A stretch of 64,000 nucleotides of DNA from Octopus vulgaris (GCA_951406725.2 OX597828.1:63364001-63428000), one strand, 5' to 3'. Counted from the first letter of the stretch, positions 14,277-28,260 are shown. Translations and numbers: made by a program. Notes: generated by a model not told the origin, from the letters alone.

Positions 14277-14700
14277 TGGTTTCAAATTTAGGCACAAGGC
14301 CAGCAATTTTAAGGGGACGGTGTTTATCGATTTTATCGTGTCCAGTGATTCACTGTTATTTATTTATCAACCCCGAAAGTATGAAAGGCAAAGTTGACTT
14401 CAGCGGAAATTGAACTCAGAACGTATAGACTGACGAAATGTCAAGTATTTCGCCCGGCGCGCTAACGATTTTACCAGCTCACTGTCTCGCTTTGGTTTCT
14501 AATTCTGGCACAAGGCCAGCAATTTCGGGGATGGAGATAAGTCAATTACATCGACCTCCTGTGATCAACTGGTACTTATTTTATGGGACCCGAAAGTATG
14601 AAAGGCAAAGTCGATCTCGGCGGAACTGGAACCCAGAACGGAAAGCCTGACGAAATGCAGCTAAACACATTGCTCGGCGTGCTAACGATTCCGCCAGCCT
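14277..14700 (-). mobile_element. Two tandem SINE family B copies
   Basis: Two successive reverse-complement copies (about 14277-14480 and 14495-14700), each with atgaaaggcaaagt and gctaacgatt. Confidence 0.8.
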
Positions 14701-14786
14701 CTCTCTGCCTTCATTTCATAATAATAATAATAATAATAATGATAGTAATGATGATGATGATGATGATGATGATGATTACAATAATA

Positions 14787-15998
14787 TTAGGTTATTTCAC
14801 ATGAAATGTCATATTTGAAAGGTAACAATAAAATGTTTCAGAAGTGTTAGAGAACTGATTTATTTAATTAAAGTATGATCCATGTTCCATTTATGACATT
14901 TATCCAACGTTTCTCTAAGTCATATATTCCATTTTTTAAAAAATCATCTTTTGATGTGGTAAACTATCCGAATGCTTCAATTACCTTTTCTCCATTTAAG
15001 AATGTTTTATTGCTTATGAAAAGCTCAAAATGTTTAAATAAGTGATGCTCACTCAGTAGGAGAGATATCGGGGGAAATTGGGAGGATGTTGCAAAATTTC
15101 ATAATTCAGGCTTTGCAACTTTTGGACCGTAGCTTGAGGAATGTGAGGGCGTGCATTGTCGTGGAGCAAAATTGGGCCATCTATATTCACTCGTCTGGGT
15201 TGATTCTTTTTCAAGTTTTCATGCATACAATCAATTTCCTGGCAATATGATGTTGCTGTTACCATTTTTCCTTGTTGCAAAAATGAATAACGAATAACTC
15301 CCTTCGCAGACCACCATACGGTCACCACTAACTCTTTAGGGGGCAATGGTGGGTTTGAGTAGTGTCTAGGTGACTCTCCTGCATCTAATCACTGTCCTGT
15401 TCTCCTGCACTTGTCAAAGAGAATCAATTTCTCGTCGCAAGTGATGATTTGATGCAAAAATGGTCTTTTTCCAGTGAGAAAGCAGTAAGGAGTACACTTC
15501 GAGGTGTGTGTTTTTTCGAATCTCGTTCAGTTGATGTGGAACAAACCTATCCGTTTTCGAGACTTTTCAAAGTGTCCAAAAACAGTTTTGTGAGATGTTT
15601 GGAGTTCTGATGAGAATTCTCGCACCTTTGTTCTCGGACTTTGCTCGATCAAAGCATTTAATCCATCGTGCCGAATAACTGGTTTTGACCTACCCCTTGG
15701 TTTATTTTCAAGGCTATCATCTGAACGAGAGTTTTGGAACCATCTCTGAACAGTTCTGATGGCAACAAAACCATTACAAAAGGGCCGCTTGATATTCCGT
15801 AGAGCTTCTGCGGCAGAGTGACCCAGTTTGCACTCATACGAGAAAACCACTCAACATGGTTTGGTTGTTATCATTTTCATAAGGTCTGTGGGTACGAGTT
15901 TTATATACCAATATTGTTGATAAAGATTAAATGCTAGTTATACATTATTGAGTTTTTAAATGACTGAAATAACAATTAAAAATGCGACATTTCATGTG

Positions 15999-16005
<7 letters not shown>
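14787..16005 (-). mobile_element. Mariner-family DNA transposon, full-length relic with frameshifted transposase
   Basis: TIRs ttaggttatttcacatgaaatgtc and gacatttcatgtgaaacaac, with TA at the left end. Transposase fragments: RTVQRWFQ...LENKPRGR, VWWSAKGVI, ILLHDNARPH, EILQHPP. Confidence 0.9.
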
Positions 16006-16059
<54 letters not shown>

Positions 16060-16071
16060 ATTGATAATAAG

Positions 16072-16430
16072 GGAAGGGAAAAATATCCTAATTCCCAAAT
16101 CCGCTGAAACGGCAAACCCACAAAATTTCCGACCGATAACTTGTCTCTCTATAATTTACAAGGCCTTTACTGCAGTAACATCGCAGAGAATGAGCAAACA
16201 CCTGGAAGAAAACAGCTTGTTTCCAGAAGAGCAAAAGGGATGCTGCCAGGGCTCATACGGCTGTAAAGATCAGCTACTGATCAATAAAGCTATAACTGAA
16301 GACAGCTGCAGAAAGAAGGGGTCTAACTATGGCCTGGATCGATTATCGAAAGGCTTTTGATAGTATTCCCCACACTAGAAACACTAGCCATGAACAAGGT
16401 AGAACCAATAATCATAAAATATATAAAACA
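16072..16430 (+). mobile_element. R4/Dong-clade non-LTR retrotransposon RT fragment
   Basis: GKNILIPK...NFRPITCLS...EEQKGC...GCKDQLLINK, then in another frame AWIDYRKAFDSIPH. These motifs are typical of R4/Dong RT; the fragment lies among (CAA)n/(TAA)n tracts. Confidence 0.8.
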
Positions 16431-16522
16431 TGAAGTGCATCACAACAAACCACAGCACAGACCCAAGGCACACAGAGCTGCACTCGGTAGTGCAGTGAAA
16501 GCATGTGATAAAAATAAGACTA

Positions 16523-16600
<78 letters not shown>

Positions 16601-16601
<1 letters not shown>

Positions 16602-17156
16602 CCCTGATGCAGTACCAGGCAGTGGCTTTCATGGCTTCTGATCTTAACTGATTGGAAGTGTTATCATGTACATTGTTTTTGTCTTGGTATAAAAGATGGG
16701 CTACAGCAAATATTCTGCTCAATACCACAGATTTGCTTGTCAGTTGTTTGACCTTAACCAGTTGAGCATGTCCCTTAGTGGCTGACGATATGTGCATCTC
16801 TGATCACGAGCAGAAGTAGTGGGGGAGCATCATAGCCATGTGTTGAGAGGAATTCTTTGGGGGTTTGAATAATTCACCTCTGGAAACATGGGTGGTTTTT
16901 TCAACATCCTTAAATAACCCTTATTCAGGGACCTTTTGAGCGGGATGGGCTACTCGACCTGAAGAAAATTCTAACTGGGCCCCACCTGCAAGGTCATGTG
17001 CTGTTTATCTTGATATGAGATCACTATGTCGCGCACATATGGTTGTGATGCATGTGCCTGGTGTACCCTTATCCGACGGGTAGTCATGATGGGTATACTG
17101 GGCTTCGTATATTTTACCCCAGTGTCACTTTGATGGCATGAACTGCTCTCTCACTC
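16601..17156. mobile_element. (TAA)n-associated interspersed repeat, probably a LINE 3' UTR; partial second copy at 17284-17592
   Basis: About 310 bp is nearly identical between 16611-16922 and 17284-17592. The longer copy is bounded on both sides by (TAA)n. Confidence 0.7.
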
Positions 17157-17283
<127 letters not shown>

Positions 17284-17652
17284 GTACCAGGTAGTGGCTC
17301 TCATGGCTTCTAATCTTAACTGATTGGAAGTGTTATCATGTACATTGTTTTGTCTTGGTATAAAAGATGGGCTACAGCAAATATTCTGCTCAATACCACA
17401 GATTTGCTTGTCAGTTGTTTGACCTTAACCAGTTGAGCATGTCCCTTAGTGGCTGACGATATGTGCATCTCTGATCCCGAGCAGAAGTAGTGGGGGAGCA
17501 TCATAGCCATGTGTTGAGAGGGATTCTTTGGGGTTTGAATAGTTCACCTCTGGAAACATGGGTGGTTCTTTCAACATCCTTAAACAACCCTTAGGTGTCA
17601 GGAAGACACTCGGCAAGAAATGGAAACAGAATTGAAAGAAGATGTTAATCAA

Positions 17653-17693
<41 letters not shown>

Positions 17694-17695
17694 TT

Positions 17696-17755
<60 letters not shown>

Positions 17756-17804
17756 CATGCACTGCTCTCTCACTCAATGATAATAATAATAATAATAATA
17801 ATAT

Positions 17805-18176
17805 TTGTGATTGTAGGAGCACTTGGGAATGATCAAAAAAGGAAATGAAAATTATTTACGAGTGATCCCTGGCTTACCATCCAAGCAGGAAGTGCAAAAG
17901 GTTGTCTTAACTGGGACATCACGCGTATTGTGAAGAGCATTGTCGCTGAGAATTTGTTCCTTTTTTTCCATTTTATTTTCTTTGTTTATTTTTTATTTTT
18001 TATTTTTTCCATTTTCTTTCTGTCTTTCCCTTTTTTCTATCACATGACTTTGTAAATGAATAATCTGGTGTGTTTGTTTTAATGGCCTACCAATTGTATA
18101 CAGTACGTTTCTCTGCCCTAGGTGTCAGGAAGACACTCGGCAAGAAATGGAAACAGAATTGAAAGATGTTAATCAA

Positions 18177-18178
<2 letters not shown>
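17805..18178 (+). mobile_element. R4/Dong-clade C-terminal (RLE) region and 3' UTR
   Basis: VIVGALG, then after a frameshift MIKKGNENYLRVIPGLPSKQEVQKVVLTGTSRVL (cf. PIVVGALG...IQK.ALLGTARIL). The 3' end taggtgtcaggaagacactcggcaag...gatgttaatcaa runs into (TAA)n; the same 3' end occurs at 17592-17652. Confidence 0.75.
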
Positions 18179-18235
<57 letters not shown>

Positions 18236-18581
18236 TTATGATTATGATGATGATGATGATGATGATGATATAAAAACTCTAATGTAGGTGATAAAAAAAG
18301 GACCAGGAATTTAGGGAGTAGGAACGGAATATTAACAACGTTATTAATCACCAAAATTACAAGAGAAAATAGGAAATAAAATATGTTTGTTTGGGGGTCA
18401 TTAATTTATCATTAATTTTGCGTTAATAGAGAAGTGCGACTCTCTAACGACCAATAAACGGATATCTAAAACCTGGTGTTACATTAATTTCATAAATAAC
18501 AGCTGTCTTGAGTGGAAAACAAGTCTGCCTTGTGTAGTTTTCATTCAGTATCTCCTTGTTCTACCTCTCCATCATTATACA

Positions 18582-18614
<33 letters not shown>

Positions 18615-18630
18615 CTAATTTAATTTATAT

Positions 18631-18662
<32 letters not shown>

Positions 18663-18694
18663 GTATATTAATATATATATATGTATATATATAC

Positions 18695-18760
<66 letters not shown>

Positions 18761-18914
18761 ATATATACACCCAAGTCCTAATAACACCTAGAAACAGAGA
18801 CGCCATACTTGGAGCGAACAATTTAATTGGATATATATCTGGTTTAGGTTATATACATATACATACATACATACACACATACAGGACATACATACATACG
18901 AAAAAAATGAAAAA

Positions 18915-18989
<75 letters not shown>

Positions 18990-19332
18990 TACACACACAT
19001 ATATTATATTTAAATCTCTGAGTGAGATATAAACAATAGCAGTACGGCAATGAGCTGGCAAAATCGCTAACATGCCGGTAAAAATGCTTAGCGGCTTTTC
19101 GTCCGATTTTATTTGTTGATTTCAAATTCAGCCGTGATCGATTTTGCCTTACATTGTTTCAGTGGTGATAAAATAAATACCAGTTGTACACTGGGGTGTT
19201 TATGATCGACGTAGCCTCTTCCCCGTAATTAGAGATCCGAAAGCGATATCTATCTATCCCTTCCCCCTGTTTCTGCCCCAGCATGGCCACAGCTCGTGAG
19301 CTGAAACTAGATAAAATGAAAGAAATGAAAAT

Positions 19333-19367
<35 letters not shown>

Positions 19368-19424
19368 TATATATATATTATATTAAATCTCTGTGTGAGA
19401 TATAAACAATAGCAGTACGGAATG

Positions 19425-19763
19425 GTAACATATAATTGCCAACCAATTAGTGGTGTCCTATACAGGACAGTGCAACTGACGTTTCTAGCCCATAGAAAGA
19501 GCATATAGCATTTTGCGAGTGGAATGAGTTTTTATCATTAGCTTGTGATTAACACACGCTAAGGACAGGTAACCACCCTAAAACTCGATTCTGTGTGTAT
19601 CACGTAAGGCTAGAGATGGGAGTGAGGACCTCCCCTCGCAAATACTAGTCGGACACAGAATGTGTGTCGTTAGCCAGCTGGAAGAGATGTCTTCCTGGGG
19701 CTATAAACATCAGTAGCACTGTCCCGTATAGGACGCCACACTTGGTTGGCAATTATATGTTAC
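19425..19763. mobile_element. MITE-like element with about 65-70-bp terminal inverted repeats
   Basis: gtaacatataattgccaaccaa...gtcctatacaggacagtgc...ctagccc on the left versus gggctata...gcactgtcccgtataggacgccac...ttggttggcaattatatgttac on the right; no coding capacity. Confidence 0.75.
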
Positions 19764-19977
19764 GATATCTATATGGCACTGCCATACTACAGCAATATCT
19801 GTTTAAAATCTTAGAAGGAAAATAAAGAAAAATACTTTTTCTTCCGTCTCCCCCCTTTTCTCTCTCTCTTTCTGCATACGTGTGTATGCACGTATGTATA
19901 AGTGGGTGTAATTTGATGACTAATGGACTTGTGAAAATATACATATATATAAATATATACATACACACGTATATTTA

Positions 19978-20024
<47 letters not shown>

Positions 20025-20160
20025 TTATATATATATTTATTATATATATATATATATATATATATAAGAAGAAATGAGGTACTCAGAAGATCGGATGGTT
20101 TATATTTACAGATATTTATTTGTATATTACATTTTTTATATATATCATATCACTTAGATC

Positions 20161-20198
20161 ATTAGCGCTTTCTCTCATTCTAGTGGGGTCTTCAAATC
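20161..20198 (-). ncRNA. Degenerate hammerhead ribozyme motif (paralog of 26354-26392)
   Basis: Minus strand GAT-TTGAAGA-CCCCACTAGAATGAGA-GAAA-GCGC-TA-AT. It lies in a 130-bp segment (20066-20200) homologous to 26350-26497. Confidence 0.45.
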
Positions 20199-20308
20199 AA
20201 ACTACATATATATATATATATGTAGATATATTTATTTTATATGTGTATACATACACGCAAACATATATACATACATTATATATATACTTTATGGAGGTTA
20301 TGTCTCTT

Positions 20309-20377
<69 letters not shown>

Positions 20378-20607
20378 AATGTGTATATGTAAACTTACAC
20401 AAGTGTATATAAATTGGCAATGAAAGCAAGAAATAGTCATCCAGGGTAATTATTACCATTAAGTGACTGATGCTAAAATTGGTAAATCTTTTGATAAATG
20501 GTTCACTGAAAGTATTGGCACCTGTTCCTTGGCCACTCAAGATGTTTTTTCCTTACACCGTTGGTTCTGGCGGTAATTCATGGCGTCATCGCAGACGGTC
20601 GCTCACG

Positions 20608-20710
<103 letters not shown>

Positions 20711-21045
20711 ACTGACATATACATTCACACACACATACTTACAAGTCATTTATAGAATATTATAAGATGAATAAATTAAGAACCATTAAGCGCCGAAGTG
20801 TTGCCGGCAGCTTCGTTTGCTATTAGAGTTTCAATTTTGGAACAACATACCCTCTTACTTTATTGAGGCGGTTCAGTTACAGCAGTTGTGTGAACTCTCT
20901 GCAATCTATCTGTTTGTCTCTGTCTCTCTCTGTCTGTCTCTCTCTCTATATATATATGTATGTATGTACGTATGTATGTGAGAGTGTGTATGTGTATGTA
21001 TGCGAGTAAGAAAGATATACATATGCATGTATATATATATATATA

Positions 21046-21151
<106 letters not shown>

Positions 21152-21186
21152 CATATATATACACACACACACATATATATATATAT

Positions 21187-22298
21187 ATAGCTGAGTAGCC
21201 CGTCGTTGCCGGGCAATTTTTACAATAGAATGTCTTCTATAAATTTTTATTTATTCTATGTCAGAGCATGTCTTCCCCGACAGACAGGCCTCTTGATCAG
21301 GACAGATGTGCGCATTTTACCATTTAAAATTATTACATGTCTGTTCGACCATTTCACGTGACTTATTGAAAGTTCAAAAGTTCTTAAAGCTTTGCTTGTC
21401 GTAATGCTTTGCTTGTCGTAATGCTTTGCTTTCGTTTGTTTAATAAAATTTCCTCCTCGTAATGATTTTGCATTCATTTCGTGGTAGACAGCTATCATGC
21501 AGTTGTCATGCTGAAAATGCCAGCTTCCAAATCCTGTTTTCTGATTAGGTAGAATTGATTAAACTTTCAACCTCAGTAACATTTTTCTGCATCTTTTCTG
21601 GAACAAATAAATAAGAAAATCGGATTTAACGCATTGGAAATTTTGACGTAATTTTAAAATCTCAATATGTAACAGCAACAAAGAAGACCCTACAAAAGTA
21701 GAGACAGCTAGTTATAGGACGTGACACACACACGCACACACACACACGCACATGCACACACACATTTATAAAGTACACACAGGTAACCACGAGTTTAAAA
21801 TGGTGTATAGTAGACATATGTATATATGAATGTATCTATGTATGCATGTACATATTGTGTATATATATGTATGTATGTGTCTGTGTGTGAGTGTTTCTTT
21901 GCGTTGGACAGCAATAATTCCACCTACCCCTCACTCCTCAAAGCTAAGTATTCCTCATACACACCTTTCTGTATGTGTGTGTGTGTGTGTGTGTGTGTTT
22001 TGTATCTATATATTAACGGAAGTATGTATGCAGCGCCGCGTGTATATGACAGCTGTATTAATGTTATCACCCTATTGTCACCGCTGTTTTCGCCTTCACT
22101 GATATAAGTCACCCTTTTTCTGTTACTACCTTTCTCTCAGCTTAATACTTTTTGCAACCCTCTTATTTTATCATATAATCTGCCCAACTTTTTGAAATCG
22201 AATTAGCTTATTATTGAACTGGATGTTAGTGTAACATGTGTGCAAAGTTTCGTGATGGTAACTGACAGACAGATAGAAATTGCCATCTATATATTAGA
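21187..22298 (-). mobile_element. Non-autonomous Helitron, apparently with both termini
   Basis: 5' end A^TCtaatatatagatgg...ctgtctgtc...aaactttgcacacatgtt. 3' end hairpin gcccg-gcaacga-cgggc followed by tactcagCTAT. The 3' end is homologous to the helicase-bearing copy at 1501. Confidence 0.65.
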
Positions 22299-22747
22299 TG
22301 TATGTATGTATGCATATATGCATATATATTCTTAATAATAAACTTCATCTCTGTATAACATATACCGTACGTTAGATTCATAAAATATCTACATTATTAA
22401 AATATATAATAATCCTAGTTCAATTAACAAATACATCTTTCAAATTTATAATTAATGAAATAATAATTAGATTTAATCAATCTATTAATATTTTTGTATA
22501 ATTATATTGTTTTTATTGGAAATGTTATAATTAATTATAATAATTTGAACAAATCATTTGGTATTAGTGAATTTCGCATGGAATAAAAAAAAGAAATTCA
22601 ATTATATTTATTTATATATTATTTCTACTTTTAATCATTAGTTTAATAAATACTTCGTATATACACGCCGCCCACTAACATAGAAACTTATAAAGGTTCA
22701 TTAGTCTTGTAACTTCCGTTTACACAAACAAACACATACACATATGC

Positions 22748-22816
<69 letters not shown>

Positions 22817-22961
22817 TACTTACTCACAAAGACATATAATACAATATACATGAATATACACATTTATTTTCTTTTCAATAATTTATTTAAAAATAAACCA
22901 AATCGGATCTCTATCTACAAAAACATTAAGTTTTAATAGGGTCTGTATTTCCGTTTTATTT

Positions 22962-22995
<34 letters not shown>

Positions 22996-23097
22996 TGTAT
23001 GTATGTATGTATGTATGTATGTATGTATGTATGTATGCATGTATGCATGTATGTATATATATATATATATGAATATATATATATATATATACACATA

Positions 23098-23161
<64 letters not shown>

Positions 23162-23412
23162 TATATATATTATATATATATATATATGAGTGTGTGTGTG
23201 TGTAATGTATTATGTATCCATATGTAGCTACAGACGGAAGTTGATACACTATTAAAAGTGAAGTGTTGCACAGATAATTATTCTGCTTGGGTGTATTTAA
23301 AAATGATTATTAAATATAAAAAGCAAATAAACAAAAATACATTTATTTATTTCTTTAATACTAAAATATTTAAATGTTTAACAAATCCTTTCAATTACTA
23401 TATATATAATAA

Positions 23413-23597
23413 CGGTTTCAAATTTTGGCACAAGGCCAGCAATTTCGAGGAGTCGGTAAGTCGATGACATCAACCCCAGTACTCATCTGGTATTTATAAT
23501 ATCAAATCCGAAAGGATAAAAGACAAAGTCTACCTCGGTGGAGTTTGAACTCAGAACGCGAAGACGGACGAAATGCTGCCAAGCACCTTGTCCGGAA
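23413..23597 (-). mobile_element. SINE family B copy
   Basis: ttttggcacaaggccagcaatttc...gaactcagaacg...gacgaaatg, homologous to the other copies. Confidence 0.7.
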
Positions 23598-23724
23598 TTA
23601 CCATACTAATATAATATAATATATGATATGATATTGTTTTATATTAATATTGCAATAAAGGCAGCGAGCTAGCAGAATCGTTAGGACACCAGGCAAAAAG
23701 CTTAGTGATAAGATTGTTTGGTAA

Positions 23725-24408
23725 TAAAATGCAGACGACCAGCTGGATGGATCCTTCGAACTTTCACAACGAAAGAAATGTAGACGATGATGGTCCTTTG
23801 GAGGGTATAGGTCCTCAGCCGCTCCCAACTATGGTCACCGCACAACATAAAATTAACGGCGGAATTCGAATCAATGCAACAAAGCTGCACAAAGAAGATC
23901 GTCTCAATGCAACGTATCAGCTACTGGGAAAGACTGGAAGGATTAAAACTCTTCTTCTTAGGACGAAGGCGGGAAAGCTATGCAGTGATATCCATCTGGA
24001 AAATCCTGGAAGGCCTTGTACCAAACTTTAGCTTTGAATGTTACACAAACAGCAGAAGGGGGCGCCACCGCATAGTGCCAAAGATCCCAGTATCACCATT
24101 AAGGTACAGGTCCAGATACTGCAACAGCTTCGGTTTCAAGGGTCCACAGCTCTTCAATATCCTTCCAAAATGCCTGAGAAACCTTCATGGTGTGGATGTC
24201 TTCAAAATAAAACTGGATCTTCTCCTGTCAAGGGTTCCAGAAGGGCCAACCTCATGGCAAGAAACACAGATGAGGGGTAGCGGCATCAAATTCCCTCGTT
24301 CACGAATTGCCACATATCAAGGGAGGTTTCAACTAATGGTGTAGCACAGTTAGCGGTGGTGCCCCAGCATGACCGCAGCTTTGAAGCGGAAACAATTTAA
24401 AGATTTAA
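23725..24408 (+). mobile_element. CR1-group LINE 3' end (post-RT region and tail)
   Basis: AGWILRTF...SQLWSP...ISYWERLEGLKL...RRRESYAVISIWKILEGLVPN...GPQLFNILPKCLRN...FKIKLDLLLSRVP, then tail gcggtggtgccccagcatgaccgcagc. Confidence 0.85.
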
Positions 24409-24417
24409 ACACACACA

Positions 24418-24514
<97 letters not shown>

Positions 24515-24660
24515 AGGAGACTGAAACCCTGCATGGTTTTCGACCTGATAGAAGCTGCCTGACAGCCCTTAGAGTTCTACAACTCAGTGTTAAAGCAACT
24601 ACTCAACAACTCATTGTGATTTATCTTGCCTTTGCAAAAGCCTTTGATAAAGTCGACTTG
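24515..24660 (+). mobile_element. CR1-group RT fragment
   Basis: HGFRPDRSCLT...[10 protein letters not shown]...[14 protein letters not shown] (cf. QHGFR.GRSC.T...V.YLDF.KAFDKV), with frameshifts. Confidence 0.75.
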
Positions 24661-24710
24661 AAGAATGGTAACACGACTTTCTAAAAGATAGAAATCAGGT
24701 TCATATATAT

Positions 24711-24786
<76 letters not shown>

Positions 24787-24791
24787 CATAC

Positions 24792-24843
<52 letters not shown>

Positions 24844-25125
24844 TGCAAGACGCAGAACGTCATATACTGCATAACCTGCCCCACGTGCAAGGAGAATTAC
24901 GTAGGTGAAACTGGTAATTCTTCGTGCCAGCGAGCCAGGATCCACCGACAACATATTCGGCAGGAAGAACTACGCAAAATACCACTAAGCACACACCTAG
25001 CTACATGTGGAGAAGGAAAATTTAAGATATTTCCCTTCTACAAGTGTCCGAAGAACGACACCTCCTTCAGGAGGAATATGGAAAAACATTTCATAGCTAA
25101 GTTCTCCCCCAAATTAAATGGCTGA
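24844..25125 (+). pseudogene. GIY-YIG endonuclease domain of a 5'-truncated Penelope-like element
   Basis: [24 protein letters not shown]...RARIHRQHI...HL...[13 protein letters not shown]. It has no start codon and abuts (TA)n. Confidence 0.85.
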
Positions 25126-25482
25126 AACTTTACTCAACATACATTGAAGGACAAATTGTTCGATTTACAATATGATACAGTGGAACATTTAATATATGTG
25201 TGTATATATATATAGGTATGTGTGTGTATGTTACCTGTTATATACACTATATTGTTTTTGCAATTTACTTGATCTTTACTTGCCAATTGTCATTCTAATT
25301 TTAACCTTCCTATGATATACAATTTTCAAGATGGTGTAACTTGATTGTTCATTTTGATTCGATAGAAGGTGGATTTTTCTCTAATATTTCATGTGTAAGC
25401 ATGTATATATGTATATATAATGACATTGAAGGACACATCTTTCGATTTACAATCTAATATAGTAGAACATTTAGGATATGTC

Positions 25483-25515
<33 letters not shown>

Positions 25516-26353
25516 CTATCTGTGTGTGTATAGATATGTGTATTGCCTGTTATATACATTATATTATATTATTATCTTTATGATTTACTTCCATCTTTAC
25601 CTTTTAATTGTCACTTTAATTTTAACTTTCCTATGATATACAATTTTCAAGATGGTGTAATTTGGTTATTCATTTTGAACCGATAAAAAGTTTTTTTCAA
25701 ATATTTTATGTATAAGTCTGTGTGTGTATATATATATATGTATTGGTATAAATATCAACACACAAAAATATTTTTTTCTTCTCCACTTCCTCCCTTATTT
25801 TTATTTATTTTTTATTTATTATTTTTTTATATTTTATTTTTTATTTTTATATTTTTAATTATTTTTTATTTTTATATTTATTTTTATTTTTATTTTCCCT
25901 TTTCTCTTTCTTTCTCTCTCTCCTTCTCCAAACACACAGAGACACACACACACACACACGCACACAAAAACACACACGGACACACACACACACACACACC
26001 TCCACAAAACGATCATAGAAAGTGTGACCCCAAATGACATTTGTCCGGCCAGCCTACGCACAACACACACTCAGTGACACGAGACTGGACAGAGAGCAGA
26101 GCCAAAATTCTTAGAAAACCACAGGGGGTCCAGTAGGCCAACGGAATAACAATACTTCTTCTTCCCTATCAGATACAAACGCACACGCACACACACACAC
26201 ATACACAAACACACACACATACACACACACACATACACATACACACATGTTTTCTCTGTCTCACTTCCTCCTCACCCTTTTATACTGTTTTATTCCTCCC
26301 CACCACTACTACGAAACTATAAAATGTTCAAACTACCCACAAGGAATTGATTT

Positions 26354-26392
26354 GATTTGAAAAGCCCACTCGATTGGGAGAAAGCGCTAATC
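26354..26392 (+). ncRNA. Minimal type I hammerhead ribozyme motif (U3-A8 variant)
   Basis: GAT-TTGAAAA-G-CCCA-CTCGAT-TGGG-A-GAAA-GCGC-TA-ATC: stem I GAT/ATC, stem II CCCA/TGGG, palindromic stem III AGCGCT, cleavage triplet CUA. Confidence 0.6.
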
Positions 26393-26489
26393 CGAATGAT
26401 ATGATCTGAATGATATAATATATATGTAAAAAATGTAATATATAAATAAATATCTATAAATATGAACCATCCGATCTGATTACCTCATT

Positions 26490-26543
<54 letters not shown>

Positions 26544-27130
26544 AGTGGTTGATAGGCCTAACATGTTCCCTGTTTTAACTCCTACAAGTTCTTCGCCAAG
26601 CTGATTTCTTTCTTGCAGATTCAGAACGATATTTCTTTATAAACCTGTAAGACCCGTTATTCAGGGGTGTTGCCAGTTTAGAAAGATATAGCACTCAGGG
26701 AAGGCCTTACTAGCCTGAGAAGGAGATGCTAGTCTTGAAAGGCATACACTGAATATGAAAACTCAAAAGTTTCTCACTCACCTGTCCATCAGCTGCACTG
26801 ATGCCAAGAATATGGCAAGAGAAGACGCCGGAAAGACACTCTGTTCTAAGAAACCTCCTAATGAGATTAAAATTCTATAAATCAAACTCTATGAAAACAA
26901 TCATTTACATATATATGCTACAAAGGATCACGAGATAGTGGGACAATAAAAATTTGCAAGAGCTTCTCAAAATTTAAAGAATGCTGAATAAATGAAGACG
27001 ATTGCTTTCGCAGACTTGGTACCAAGAAGGCGATCGTTGAGAATTAATTCTAAATTTAAGAGTGAAAAATATAACCTACATTCACACAAAACCCACAGAT
27101 ACATACACTCATACATACATACACACACAG

Positions 27131-27180
<50 letters not shown>

Positions 27181-27260
27181 ATAATAAATATTAGGGAATA
27201 AATTCAAATTTACAGGGAAAAATCAGATTTAGGATTGAATCCAATTTTATAGTAAAATAT

Positions 27261-27528
27261 TATATAATATTAATTAGAGACAAAACCACTATTATGCAAA
27301 TCAAACAAAGAAAGACTTAATCCAATACATAAAAAGTTTTATATAAATTAAATAAAATTAAGTTATCCACTACAATTGTTTCTTGTCACTTCTAAAGAAG
27401 TGACAAGAAACAATTGTAGTGGATAACTTAATTTTATTTAATTTATATAAAACTTTTTATGTATTGGATTAAGTCTTTCTTTGTTTGATTTGCATAATTG
27501 TGGTTTTGTCTCTAATTAATATTATATA
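27261..27528. repeat. Near-perfect 133-bp-arm palindrome (fold-back element in (TA)n)
   Basis: Arms mirror around cacttct-aa-agaagtg (27394-27395), with one mismatch seen. Contains the hammerhead 3' half GAAAC-AATT-GTA. Confidence 0.9.
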
Positions 27529-27537
27529 TATATATAT

Positions 27538-27626
<89 letters not shown>

Positions 27627-28070
27627 CGTACGTTACATACATACATGCATACATACATACATACATACATACATACATACATACATACATACATACATAA
27701 TGTATACTTACAAGCATACACATCCATGCGCGCACACACATACATACGCACATACATTTCATCGTAACTGCATACCTATTTACCGAAAACCTAGATATAC
27801 ATATGCAAGCGCACATGCACACCGATGTGGGGTGCTTCATTCATAAAGAATCGGCTAATAAAACCTGGCAGTATTTGCTGCTACGGTTCTTTAAGTTTTA
27901 GTTCAAATCCTACCGCGGTTAAGTTTGTCAAAACAGATCAGACGAGGGGCGAGGGATTGACGGAAGTGGGGTCTGTTGAATTCATGTGAGGCACATTACC
28001 AGACACACATACACATAGAACACACACACGCACACACCTACATGCATGCAATCAGATACACATCTGTAAG

Positions 28071-28102
<32 letters not shown>

Positions 28103-28213
28103 TATATGTATGTATATATGTATGTATATATAAAATATATATATATATATATTCACACATATATATATACATATATATATGCATATACATGCCTATACAT
28201 ATACATATATATA

Positions 28214-28260
<47 letters not shown>

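Larger units (their letters stand above)
24844..26497 (+). mobile_element. Penelope-like element 3' portion (GIY-YIG, repetitive 3' UTR, hammerhead-bearing terminus)
   Basis: GIY-YIG remnant, about 283-bp direct duplication (25141-25422 and 25423-25710), hammerhead motif at 26354, and (TA)n on both flanks. Confidence 0.65.
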
